The notes beneath the pieces were generated by a model, which was given only the letters and a program-made list of their open reading frames with translations, ran no database searches and was not told the DNA's origin. A stretch of DNA of 64,000 bases from assembly GCA_020891255.1 (NCBI GenBank), contig BQFW01000012.1:682001-746000 (forward strand), read 5' to 3'. This DNA comes from Entomortierella parvispora E1425. Taxonomy: Eukaryota > Fungi > Mortierellomycota. Shown in pieces: positions 10,621 to 23,121 of this stretch; the first letter of the stretch is position 1, and the number at the start of each line of letters is the position of its first letter. Made by a program: the position numbers and the translations under genes.

Positions 10621-12360
10621 ATGGCCAAAGGATTCTTTGCAAGGCTGCTTACTGCAGTGGCCGTTCTGTCGGCCTCTGTCATGGTCATGGCCCAGGAAGA
10701 CGACGACATCATGCCTCTTCGCACTCACTCCATGTACATGCCCTATATCGGTAAGGACTCTTGCCTCTGAACGCCTTCGCGCCCCATTACCCTTCTTTTC
10801 TCATCACATGGGACTGTACACGAGACTGCTCGCACGCGAACATCCCCGAGCGGCAGTCCAGAGTCGACCGCATACCGGGTATCCCCAGCATTGGTCTCCT
10901 GTCTGTCGAGAGATTCCCAGGAATGTTATTCAGATGCAACCGAAACATCAAATCAAGTCATGGAGCCAGACTACAGCCCATCTTCATAAGGACTGACTCT
11001 CTTGCACGCGATCTCTCGTCACCTTAAACCCTATTGCTCACAAACATTGACGCTCACTCCTTCTCTCTTTTACCTGATGGGAACTGTTTCTCCCCTCTGT
11101 TGTAGATCAGGACCTCCAGAACCGCTGGTTCGACTTTGGAGGTGATGCCATGATTAACACCAACAAACACGTCCGTCTTACAGCTGACAGACCTTCTCAG
11201 ACTGGATATCTCTGGAGTCGTCTCGTATGTTTTCTCCCCCCCCCCCCCCCCTTTTTTTTTTTTGCTCCGCCCGCTACTTATTTCTCGTCCCGTTACTGTT
11301 TTTTAATTTTGGATGAGGGCGCACCCGCGGGAAGAAAACGAAACTTATAGCTCGCCATTGCTTTTCTTTCATATAGCCCATTACCTCAGCCAACTTCCAG
11401 GTCGAGTTCGAGTTCAAGGTGGAAGGAAAGGGCGACGGTCTTTATGGTGATGGCTTTGCAGTCTGGCTGACCAAGGAGCGCGAGACAATGGGACCTGTCT
11501 TTGGAAACAAGGACTATTTCGAAGGAGTCGGTATCTTTTTCGATACCTATGCAAACTCTCGGCAATCGGTACGTTTCTAATCCTAGCTGACAACCCCGTT
11601 CTCTGCAACCTTATATCATGACCTTTACTGACGCGAGATTTTCTTCTTTCATGTAATAGCACTCGTTCCCATTCGTGATGGCTATGGTCGGCGATGGCAA
11701 GACTTCCTATGACAATGCAAACGATGGAATGGCCAACAGAGTCGGATTCTGCGAGTCTGACTTCAGAGCAAAGAACATTCCTACGAAGGGTCGTATTCGT
11801 TACTACCGCGAGAGCGGCGTTATGACTGTACGTTGCCAAAGAATTTTATGATCCACACAGACCTTTCTCATATAGCCGTCCCCTCCGATTGACGATACTG
11901 ACAAAACGTTTGACTTGTATGTAGCTTGAGCTTCAGACCAAGGAGTGGGATCGGTGGGAGGAATGCTTCCGCTTGAACGATATCAAGCTTCCTCAAATTT
12001 CGTACCTTGGATTCACGGCCATCACTGGCGAAGTTCACGACAACCACGATATCATCAGCATCACTACGAACACTCTGTCGAAGACCGAAACTGCTGTCAA
12101 GGTAGGGACAACATAAAAGCCCATCTCCATATCTAGATGCCGTCGCTTGTATCTTCTCGCCATAACTAACTCTAACTTTTTCTCTTTCACTTGAACACCC
12201 TGCACTATACCAACAGAGAAACAACAGCACACCTCCTCCCCAGAAGAAGACAGGTGTGATGTGGTACCTCAAGTTCCTTGCCGCCTGTGGTGTCTTTGTG
12301 GCTTTGGTCATGGCCTTCAAGATGTCCAAGAGCAGCAGCAATGACATGAAGCGATTCTAG
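10621..12360 (+). CDS. L-type (legume-like) lectin cargo receptor, VIP36/LMAN2-like; multi-exon
   Basis: Signal peptide MAKGFFARLLTAVAVLSASVMVMA. Spliced exons give YI|DQDLQNRWFDFGGDA, VRLTADRPSQTGYLWSR, FQVEFEFKVEG, GDGFAVWLTKER, GVGIFFDTYAN, YLGFTAITGEVHDNHDII, then a TM helix and a C-terminal KRF* (TAG 12358-12360). Confidence 0.9.
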
Positions 12361-12635
12361 AGCAACCAATCCACCAAAGCATTTTCTCTCTCGATTTCTA
12401 CCCTTATTCTTGACAGATTTAAAATATATTCATGCTCCATTGTCGATATTTAGTACTTGAAGCTGAAAACTTGCTCCCATCAAACTTACATACTCCCATT
12501 TACATGTCATGTCATTCTTTTTTAAGATGGTCTTTATTTGTAACGAGTCAGACGGTATAAAAATTAATGTACAATGTGAAGTAAGGAGAGGAAGAGTAGA
12601 TTAGACAAGAAGCCATGGCGATATTATATCTGCTT

Positions 12636-13855
12636 TTAAAAGTCGGCATCGAGCGTAAAGCTGTTGTTGGTCTTGTCGGCGTTCGTGCCAGACATGACAC
12701 CGGCCTTTTGGTAATCCGAGACGCGCTTCTCGAAAAAGTTTGTCTTTCCCTGCAATGAGATTAAGTCCATGAAATCAAAGGGGTTCTCGACCTTGAAATA
12801 CTTGTCGTTACCGAGGGCGACCAAGAGACGATCGGCCACAAACTCAATGTACTGCTTCATCAAGGTTGCGTTCATACCGATCAACTTGACGGGAAGAGCG
12901 TCCGTCAAGAACTCTTGCTCAATCGCCACAGCCTCAACAATAATGGCCTGAACACGGGCCTTGTCAGGACGGTTTCTCAAGAGCGAGAACAACAAGCATG
13001 CGAAATCCGTGTGGAGTCCCTCATCGCGAGAGATCAACTCGTTCGAGAAGGTCAAACCGGGCATCAATCCACGCTTCTTGAGCCAGAAGATGGACGCGAA
13101 CGAACCAGAGAAGAAGATACCTTCCACAGCGGCGAACGCGACCAGGCGCTCGGCAAATGTTGAGTTGGAATCCGAGATCCACTTCATGGCCCAAGCGGCC
13201 TTCTTGCGAATGCAGGGAACTATGAGCACGTAAAAAAAAAATTAAAAAAAATTAAAAAAAATTAGACAAGTCGTCGGTCACCATTGCCAAAAAAAAAAAA
13301 AAAAAAAAAAAAAACAAATAGAGAAAATAAAACAAAAGAGAAAAACTTACTGGTATCGATGGCATCAAAGAGGTGGTCTCTCTGGCTAGGCTCCTTGACA
13401 TAGGTATCGATCAAGAGCGAGTACATCTCCGAGTGCACATTCTCAATCATGATCTGGAATCCGTAAAAGCATCTCGCCTCAGGGATCTGGACTTCATTCG
13501 AGAAACGCTCCAAGAGATTCTCATTCACAATGCCATCACTTGCGGCAAAGAAGGCGAGGATGTGAGAGATGAAGTAGCGCTCATCATCAGAGAGCTTGTT
13601 GTCCCAATCGTGCATGTCCTTGGAGAGATCGACTTCCTCGGCGGTCCAGAACGAGGCCTCGGCCTTCTTGTACATCTGCCAAACCTCATGGAACTTGATG
13701 GGGAAGAGAACAAAACGACGGGGGTTGGGTCTCAACAAGGGCTCATCTTGCTCGCTCACGCGCATCTCGCTCAGCTTGGAGGCGAGTCCGGCTGCAATCT
13801 GGAGATCGGCCTCATGGGACTTTGACTGCTGGGGTTCAGTTGAAGGGGCGGTCAT
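12636..13855 (-). CDS. RNR2: Ribonucleotide reductase small subunit (class Ia beta), 2 exons
   Basis: Exons 13351-13855 and 12636-13219 (intron 13220-13350, GTAAG...CATAG). Motifs [51 protein letters not shown] and [10 protein letters not shown]. Confidence 0.98.
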
Positions 13856-14072
13856 ACTGGCTATGGTCGTATGCTACTGGTGTGCGAGAGAGGAGAGAGG
13901 GATAAGCGTATCAAGGTCAGATCAGGTCAGAGAAGGAGGAGCTAGGTCTGGCTGGCTGGTGCGATATGAAGGGAAGAAGAGAAAGGAGGGAAGAAGAGAA
14001 AGGAGGGAAGGAGAAGAAGAGAAAGGAAGAAAGAAAAGAAAAGAAGTCGCACGTTGTTTGTTTCCTCTCCTG

Positions 14073-14140
14073 ACGCGCTTTCTCTTCTGTCTCCAGGAAC
14101 GAAGGAACGAATGGCTTGGATCATCAAAACAGCGACGCGT
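14073..14140. promoter_or_regulatory. MCB-like (ACGCG/ACGCGT) elements upstream of RNR2
   Basis: ACGCG at 14073-14077 and ACGCGT at 14135-14140, about 220-285 bp upstream of the RNR2 ATG. RNR genes are classical MBF targets in yeasts. Confidence 0.35.
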
Positions 14141-17100
14141 TTTTTTCATTCTTTTCTTCTTCGGGCCATTTATGCCCAATTAGGAAACCCGTCAATTGAC
14201 CTGACCCTCTCTGTTGCCGATGTCTCACTCATGATCTGTGTATTGCTTTTCTTCTCTTCTCCTTCCTTCTTCCTCTCTGATCCTCATCCAGCTACTTGTA
14301 GGTGAAATGTTGGTGAATGTTGGTGATTCCAATGGGATCTGCTTGGTTGAGAAAGAGTGATGGCATACATAACATCCTCAGGGATTTCCTACATACCAGA
14401 GTCAGAAGCGTTGAATCACAAGGGTCAACAAGTCAACGATGCTGCTCAGCACCAGTAACTGTGCTTGTCTTTATACTTTTGATCAGTTTGATGGTGCAGC
14501 ACTAGGAGATAAAGTGTATGAAGACGGAGAAGTCGCCGCTGATGAAGTGAAGACAGGGTGATCAAGAAGCGTGCGCAGACGAAGAAAACAAAGGTGGGCG
14601 AAGTGAAGAAGAAAGAATGTCAAAGATGGCGGGAAATTCGATTTTTTTTAATTTGGAAATTTTGGGCTCGGTGGCTTGTGTCTTTCCTCACTTGTCCGAG
14701 TTGCCACCAATCTTGTCTGAACGCAACCATTCCGCCAGGCTGGATTCCGGCAGAATACTCCCGACTCTCCTAAATCCTTCTCACATCTTCACATCAGCAT
14801 CAAGGAACCTCTGACTCTTACTCTGTTCATCTCTCTAAAGTTGTCACATCTGTATCAACGCTGAGAAAGATACTATGAACAACCATCGCTGGATCTACCT
14901 TGGGGCCATTGATAATGTTGTATCTAGACCTGGATTAAGGACCACATTGCTTCTATTCATTTTCCCTCACCGCAACTCCCTTTCTTCTCATCTCCTTACT
15001 CACCTCCACTCACTTACAAGGCATCTGACATAGAGTGTATCCTTGGCCGATCTCTTGGTCACTTTCATTTTTGAGTCCATTTTTTTCGTTTTTTTTTTTT
15101 TTTTTTTTTTTTTTGAAGGAAGATGTCTTTGTTGTGAGAGAAGATCAATAAATACAAGCGCATGACTCGGAGGACAAGACATGACACACAGACTTTGACC
15201 AAGTACAGTGAGATGTGACATGATATGTCTGCTGGACACACCACTGGATACTCAATAAAATAAGCCAAATAAAATATGGTGTGGACGACCGTAGCCTGGC
15301 AGGGACATCTGAAGAAGACTGCCTCATCTTTAGCTTCGGTTGTCTCTTATGGAAAGAGAGGGGGAGGAATGGAAGGGAGAAGGAGTCAGGAAGTACATGT
15401 CAAAAGCCAAGAGACACGGAAATTCAATCCCTTCAGCGTGAGAAAAAGAACCCGTGTTCTGCTTCGGTGTCTGCACCCTCAAGGAGCCTGGCTCGCCCAA
15501 TTTGTTGTGGAGAAGATGCCTTCCGGTAGACATGTGGATTCAAGAAGTAACCAATGAGGGGGGATTACAAGTGGATTAATGTTTGTAAACATGAAGATGA
15601 CGAATAAAAGAAGAAAAAAAGGGGAGAAAACATGGGATTATCAGAACATGGTGTCTTCCGTCTATTCAGTTGTGTTTGACTTAGTACCTTCAATTTTGAT
15701 CAACTGGAAAGGTATCTCGTGCCGTTCCTTCATTGTATTTGGCAAATAAATATCAGGGAAAAAAAAAGACCAAGTCAGAGATTTAATCTCGGCGTCTGAG
15801 AAACGCAGTGGTTCAGAGAGCGTATGATCATGAGAAGGGTGGAAGAGCAAGCAACGGATTGTAACTCTCAAACCAGTAGACGCGAGCGCCTTGTGGGCGA
15901 GACTAGCGATACAGAAGGAGGATTGGGATCTTGTTTTTTTGTAACGAAGAATCCTCCTTTTTATAACAAAAAAAAATTAATAATCGCTTTCATCGCTCTG
16001 ACCCCAAGAAAATGGTCGGCATCCAGGGTGCCTTTCACGACGGATGTCGGAACATTGACCTCCTGCCATAGCGTCGCTCTTGTCACTTCACAAGTGCGGG
16101 GAGTTGGGGTGGGAAGAAAAGACGCGTTCTAAAGTGAATTCTAAGTACGGCTCTCAATCAGCCCTGTGTACGTAAATTTTCTCGACAACGTTTAGTCACT
16201 TCGTTCGCACCCGGATGGGCAAGTTGACATTCACTCTTGTCATGATAACCAGTAATTCTTGATGTTTCTCTGGTTGCTCTGGGTAAGGATCATGGCGTAT
16301 AAACGTGAAGACAAAAGCCAAAGTTCAGACAGTCCAAGAAGAACTCATAGATATGTCAAGGATGACATGTGTGCACCTTCGTACATTATTTGTGGAGGAT
16401 GAAAACGAGACACCATCAGGCATCATGGCGTTAAGAGAACTTGTGCGTTGGACCAGCGAAGAAGACTCTGTTGTTGTTGACAAGAAAAAAACGGCCTGAA
16501 CGCGCAAATGTGCATGTGGGGAGTGTGGAGAAATAAATGCATGTGGATGCCTCGCTTCCCTCCTCCTCCTCCCTTGTGTCATTGATTTGTTTTGTCCTCC
16601 AAATGGAGACAGTTGGGCAATCCCCAAAAAACTAATTTTTAGAGTTCCCTCTGGGCAAACGACTTTTTTTGACCTGGGCGAAGGCACGTTTGTGTTCTGC
16701 GAGGTCTGTGGGCAGCACGGGAAAATAGTCGCCAAATTTGGATCCCCGACAGGGGAAAACGCCAAGGGTCCTTCCTCGTTTGCGGTGCGTGAGGCTCTTG
16801 CTCATTCTCTTTCTCCGTCCCTCGTGCAAATCTCCGACCTCTTGCGTTCACAAGTACGACGGGTCTGCCGAGACTAGATCACAAAGCGTCGACATCGCCA
16901 GTCACATAGATATGTCGCCACGGTGATGGTATTCATTGGGAATGGTGCTCAAGGTGCCACTAGCACGTTGATTGAGAAGATATACCACCAAATGTAAAAG
17001 TGCTGGGCAAGTTTTGGAGATGGGACGACGAAGCGTGGCATCATGATCTAGAAAAGATGGGGAGCGAGAAGTCTGAGGCCACCGTTGCAGCAGCAACTCG

Positions 17101-18410
17101 AAGAGTTGATTGCGTCCTCAAGGAACTCCAGCTTGTAAGTGAACGAGCCTTTCTGATTATCAATCACCAACACTCGAATAAACTAGTAATTAGTCCAGAG
17201 GCGGAAAAACACACCCCAACGCGTATATGACATAGCCGGGATCTGTCCTTGCGTCCATGAGAAATAAGCCGCTCTTACCTTCTGCTTCCCTAGTGTCCTG
17301 TGAGTAGTGGGAAAATTGGTGGAGAAAAGAGGTGTTGTATTTTGTAAATAGGAGAATTCTTTTTTACAGAGTGGCCAAGAGTTGCTCATTTGTAGGTTGT
17401 TGGATGTGCATGTGCTTCGCTTTGTGTTGGTTGCTGCACAATAAATTAACTCTGATTGGCAAAAGATGGCTGAGCAAGGCAGCACACTGAAAGACATCTG
17501 GGGTAAATGGGAAATGGATCTAACGGTTTAACCCCGCATGGGTCCTCGCCGAGAATAGGGGATGACCAGGGGAAGTAGAGCCAAGAAACCAAGGATTCTG
17601 GAACCCAAACGCGTTAAGAATTAATCCACGAAAGAAATCCCCTCCCTTTTCCTGTCCATCATTGAACAGCAAAGAATGAATAGCAAAGAGGGATTCAGTC
17701 CGTACACACAGCACATTCAGGGATGAAAATAAAAAAAGATGAGCTCAATTTCTGCATTCAATCCATTCAATAACATATTGCTGTTTTTGTGCGTGCCTGT
17801 GTTTGGTGTGATTGTTGTGGTTGTGGTCATGTCAGTAGAAGATCCAATTACCAACTTTTGAGGGATAGAAAAGGGCTTTGCGAGTGAAAGCATGACGGCG
17901 GGATGAGCTTGGTTGCCAGTTCGATCCCAGTCAGGCCAATGGCTTGGCCTCCGCCCCTTTGATTGACATGTGTTGGCTGTGTCACGAAGACTTTTTTTTG
18001 GGATCCCCCTTCCGTTCATAAAAGAAAGGACATAAAAAGCTCCTTCTCTTCTTCCTTCCCCCTTCTTCTCTCTTTATACCCAACCTCATCATCATTGTCA
18101 TCAGATCTCCAGACAGCTCGACTTATCGAAGCTCTCTCATCCCTTCTCCACTCTTTTTCGTTCCTGAATCCCTGAAGAGACAATAATTATTTTGTCTCCG
18201 AAGATCGATCTGTCCGTCATTCTCACATCGTCCTCGCAAGTCTATCTCGACCCTCTCTCTCTCTCTCTTTACGCACAAGCACTTTTTTTTATATTGCCGA
18301 CCCAATTTACTGCCCCCATTCGCGTTCCGCACTTCGCCCAGATACCCCTCTCCCCTTGATCCTCAACGGCCTAACCACCCTAACTTCAACGACAATCACA
18401 ATCATTCACA

Positions 18411-21372
18411 ATGGGCGTTTTTGGCGAGAAACACACATCGCTCACACGCGAACAAAAGCGACAACTGATCCACCAAGCAGATACACACAAGTTGCGACCG
18501 ACAGAGGTCTGCGACTGGGTGCTGGCCACTTGGGGGCTCCGAATAGCAAGAGTTACTGTGTACTCGATCCTTCACAAACAGCGCGCGTCCTTGATGGCCG
18601 GGCACAAGGATCTCTACCAGTCCATGCAAAACAGTATCAATGGCCTTCAACAGCCTACGTCCTCTTCAACAAATACGCACACCTCTGATGAGGCCTGCCT
18701 TGAACGCAACAAAGCAAGCGGCCGTATCTCCAAATCGACGTCCACTTCTCGATCTACTGGCAAGCGTGCTCGGAGCACGAGCAGCAGTCTCCAAGACAGC
18801 AGCGTTGCCAGCGATCTGTCATCGCCAGCCCCTGCTAGTTACGAGGCACCCACAGGTGAAGGTAAGAAAACGAAAAGCCGATGGCAATTAGAATTAATAA
18901 TGCCTCTCCGCCTTCCCCCACCCATCACCACTCCCCCTTGGCGCACTCAGCAAACAACGCAATTACAAGCAAGCGATGTACCTTTCCTCTGATGTTGTTC
19001 TCCACATTTGGGAAGTCCCAATCTGCAAAGTTGCCAGAGATCACTCTTAATTCGCAGAGTGTAACCGACAACAACGCAGCAGACCCACAGGGCTGTCCTT
19101 CAATCTTATTCACTTATTCACTCTGCTGATTCAATCAAACCAAAGAGGGGACATCAACTCAATCGCCAAACAAAAACAGATGCTCTCAATTGCGACACAC
19201 GTTTCCTCTCGTTGGATCTCACAACTCCTCCCCATCTGTGCTACACAAGCTCATGCTCACTCGCGTCGCCTCGCGTCGGCTCGCTTCGCTTGACCCTGCC
19301 CTTGTTCCTTTCTTACTCTTTGCTCACTCTACCCTTTTTTTTTTTTTTTTTTTTTTTTTGGGTACTCTTTTCAATTTAAAGGCGCGCGTTGGGAAGGTCA
19401 ACTCAAGCGCGTGCGAGAGCCAGCCTCGGTTGAGCTGGACCGAGCGATGGTCGAGTTTCTCAAGTCGTCTGAGGCCGTGGATGTGCACGGTCGCCGACTG
19501 AATGACGCAGAACTGCAGTCTCATGCCCTCCGTCTTGCCCGGGGAATTCCGAGTGCTGCTCGAATGCGCTGCTCCTTTGGATGGCTGAGGCATTTCAAAC
19601 GACGACTGGGCGTCCAGTGGGCAGCGGACCGGCTCGGTCGCTACCGCTGGATCATTGAGATGGACCCTCTCGGCTCAAACTCATCCCCTCCCTCACCAGC
19701 GTCCTTGGCCTCCACAACGTCCTCAACCGACCGCCCGGCTGGAGCAGCTGATGCTCATCGAGCTCTTGCTGCTCCTCATCATCATAACTTTGGTCAGCAA
19801 CAACAGCGCCCTGTGCCCCAGCATCGCCAAGGCAGAACTAAACAAGACCGACATACATCATCCCACTCTTCGTCTCAAGCACATGGGGGCTCATTCTTAC
19901 CCCAGACTTCTGTCGTTAATGATGAGCAAGAGGAGGAGGACGAAGAAGTTTACCACTCAAGCAACGAGCTCTTTGGGAAAGACTTTGATCTGAGCTCGCC
20001 TATCCCCGCCACCCAAGGCCTCGGCAACGGGCTTTCGCAGTCCAGCAACAACACCAGCAAACACGCACGGTCGTCCTCCACGTCAACTACCTCGACCATC
20101 TCCACGTCCGTCTCGTCGTCTTCGCCCTACGCGTCATCCTATGCCTCCTCGTTCGCGAACCAGCTGCAGGCTATGGCCAGTCGGACCCTGTATCCCTTCA
20201 GCGACACGTCGTCCCCCTACGCCTCCCTTGGTCCATTTTCGATTCTCTCCTCGGCTACATCCTCATCCTCCATCACAGCCCCCTCCCAACCAACATTGCC
20301 TCACTTTCCTCACCATCACCACCAGTCACTGCCTACATCCTCGCTTGCACACCCCTCTCACAGCGCCTTCCTCAACCTCGGTCCCTCCTCTCTTGCCCAT
20401 CACCATAGTCAGCAGCAGCAACAACAACCTCAGTCGCCTTCTATCTTGGATTCACTCCCAAGTCTCTTCGACTCTCTCCCTCCTCTCTCATCCCCAACAC
20501 AGCACACTGGAATCAATCCTACCTCTGGTACCAACAACAGCGGCCCTTCACTCACCTCTTCTCAGCTCGTGTTGAACCACACCAATGCTACTATCAGTCC
20601 TGTACGCGACAGTTTCTACTCGCAACAGCCGCAGCCATCGGCGCCTCTGTCCCCAATGGGTGGCTCATCCAACTCGCCGTTTGGGATGGGGGTCGATGGA
20701 GGGATGAGAAAGGTTCCCTCGAAGGATGAGGCGTATGATATGCTTCAGAGTCTATTGTTGTATTATGAGCAGGACCACCACTTCCTCGGCGAGCAGCAGA
20801 CATTGCTCTTGCCTCGATGGATCCACCAGCAGAGGCAGATCATGAACCAGTCGGATGAGAACGATGTGAGAATGTTGTGGATGAGGCATCAGCAGTTCCA
20901 GCAACAACAACAGCAACAACAACAACAGCAGCAGCAGCAACAGCAGACCTTATCCCATCCTCACTCCAATTATCCTCGCTCGACTGTTTCTCCGCCTCCC
21001 ATGTCTCCGACCACGACCAACGTCAGTGACTCGACCTCTTCCTCTGTCAAGCTAACCGCGTCGATCGGGACCTCGACCAGCCTCGATCGAGAGGAAGTCA
21101 CTTCTGCCTCGTTGTCGGTGTCGAACAATGGTTCTGCAGGTCTGGACCATCAGTTTGGGGTGATCAACAGCAGTGGTGACAGTAATGGTAGCAGCAACAG
21201 CAACAGTGCTGTCCCACCCTTGACGCCGTCTATTGAACAGCAAATGCTTTTTGCACATCAACAACAATTGCAACAACAGTACGCACTGCATCAGCAACAA
21301 CAACAACAACAACAGCGGCAGCAGCAACAGCAACAATCGTCCTATATGCTACAGAGACCCTCTTCGTCTTAG
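18411..21372 (+). CDS. CENP-B/pogo-derived DNA-binding protein (two HTH domains, no DDE domain), 2 exons
   Basis: Exon 1 (18411-18861) encodes SLTREQKRQLI...VCDWVLATWGLRIARVTVYSIL, a CENP-B_N-like HTH. After a GTAAG...AAAG intron (18862-19381) exon 2 reads GARWEGQLKRVREPASVELDRAMVEFL...CSFGWLRHFKRRLGV (Tc5/CENP-B HTH), followed by S/P/H/Q low complexity. Stop TAG ends at 21372. Confidence 0.8.
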
Positions 21373-21507
21373 TGAACCCTTTTATCTCCCCTTTCTTCCT
21401 GTAAACTACCTTTTTGTACCAACAGCTTCTTGCATCACTAGCTTTATTATTATCATTATTTTTTCTTTTCTACAGTAGTTTTTATAATCAATGAAAAAAA
21501 AAAGTTA

Positions 21508-23075
21508 TCAATCACGTTCTATGTCCATGCTAGCTCTTAAGGTCGATGCCAGGTTGGCGACTGAGATGGGAGCCGACAAAACAACGGTGGTCGACTCGGG
21601 TATCAAGGACAAAGATTTGAGCTCTGGAGAATTGGATCGACTAAAATCTGCGTAAGGATTCGTAGTCTTGGGGCCTTCGGGTTCAACCAGCCCATCCTTG
21701 GACAACACGGTCGATCTCTTGCCCATCCTCGGTGTCGACACAGTCCCAATCTTGTCTTCCTCCCATTCGTTTTCGTCTTCCTCAGACCTTTGACCAATGC
21801 TTTCGTTCAAGTCATTTCCAAGTTCATAGCTACCCTCCATAATGAGCTTGGCTGCGTCCGAGTCAATAGAGGGCGGGAGCGGCGGCAATGGTGGAGATGA
21901 TGGACGAGAATGGAATGATGGCATGGGAAGGGTCGGTAATGGAGGAAGGGGAGGACGGACAAAGGAGGGCGAAGCAACATCCAAGGATGGTTGTGTTGTT
22001 TCGACACTCGAACGAGAATAAGAGTCCATCTCCACCTTGACTGTTGATGCCGAATTGGAGCTGACTTGATCCTTAGGAGTCGAGTGAGTCTCCACCTCAA
22101 CTTTCACATTCAAATCCTCATGTCCAGAAAAGAAATAATCGCCACTCTCCTGATGTCTTGGCTGGGTCGTCATCGGCACAGGGGTCTCTATCCGATACTG
22201 GTGCTGTTGATAAGGGTGGTTGTAGGCTTGCGAATGATGAGTGACCTCTGGCACCCTCGACATTAGAGCTTGTCCATGATTCGGTGACATTAAATCCTGA
22301 AGAACATCCTCAATACGAAGTGAACCACCAGTCTCGGCAGCCGAAACTGCTACTGCCACGGCCGCACTTCGTTTGCACTCTTCTTCAATCAACTCCATCT
22401 TTCCTTCTGACTGCTGCCGCAGTGAAGTGGAAGGCAATGGAGGTGTCGGGAAAGATCGTACCATTTCTGCAGACTGCCTAGGAGAATAAGGCCGCAGGTA
22501 CTGTAGCGTGGTCGAAGACAAAGTTCGGAGATGGTCCATCGACACCCGGGGTGACGAGGTCGCTAAAGAATCAGCAAGTGACATGGTGGAGGATCCATTG
22601 GGGTGATGACGATTAAGGCTGTGAAGCAGTCTATCTCCGGTTCGGCGTGGAGAGGACGCCGTAGAGGAGTTGTTGGAGTGTAAGGCATCCGCCCTTGAGG
22701 TAGTGTCACCAGCCTGTGGTGCACTGTATTGGCTAGACGAAACCGGTGATGAGTGTGAACCCGACTGGAATGAATCATCTGACAAAGGACGCGCGGAAAA
22801 AGATGTCGAAGAAGAGATTGAGGAGGAAGAAGGTGTTCTGCTGTGTCCCATGAAGAGTGCGCTGGGTGGGTCAAGGACAGATAATGGTCGATCCGGGTCA
22901 TCGTAAGGGCGGGGTATGTGGTTGTACTGAATACCACTCAGTGTTGGGAGAGGGAGTTGGGCTGAAAGCTGTTCACAAGAGCCCTGTGCAAAGGCCTGCG
23001 TCGATATGGTGGGTGCCCTTGTCTTGGATGGGTCGTCCTCCGATTGTCGGTCTCCTCGGCCTTGTAGAGGACGCC

Positions 23076-23121
<46 letters not shown>

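Noticed and set aside
17919-17928. GTTCGATCCC, a tRNA T-loop-like motif
   Set aside because: The flanks do not pair as a T-stem, and there is no A-box, D-arm or acceptor stem upstream.
18411-21372. Intact pogo/Tc5 DNA transposon
   Set aside because: No DDE catalytic domain and no terminal inverted repeats are visible, and the gene has an intron, so it was called a domesticated gene.
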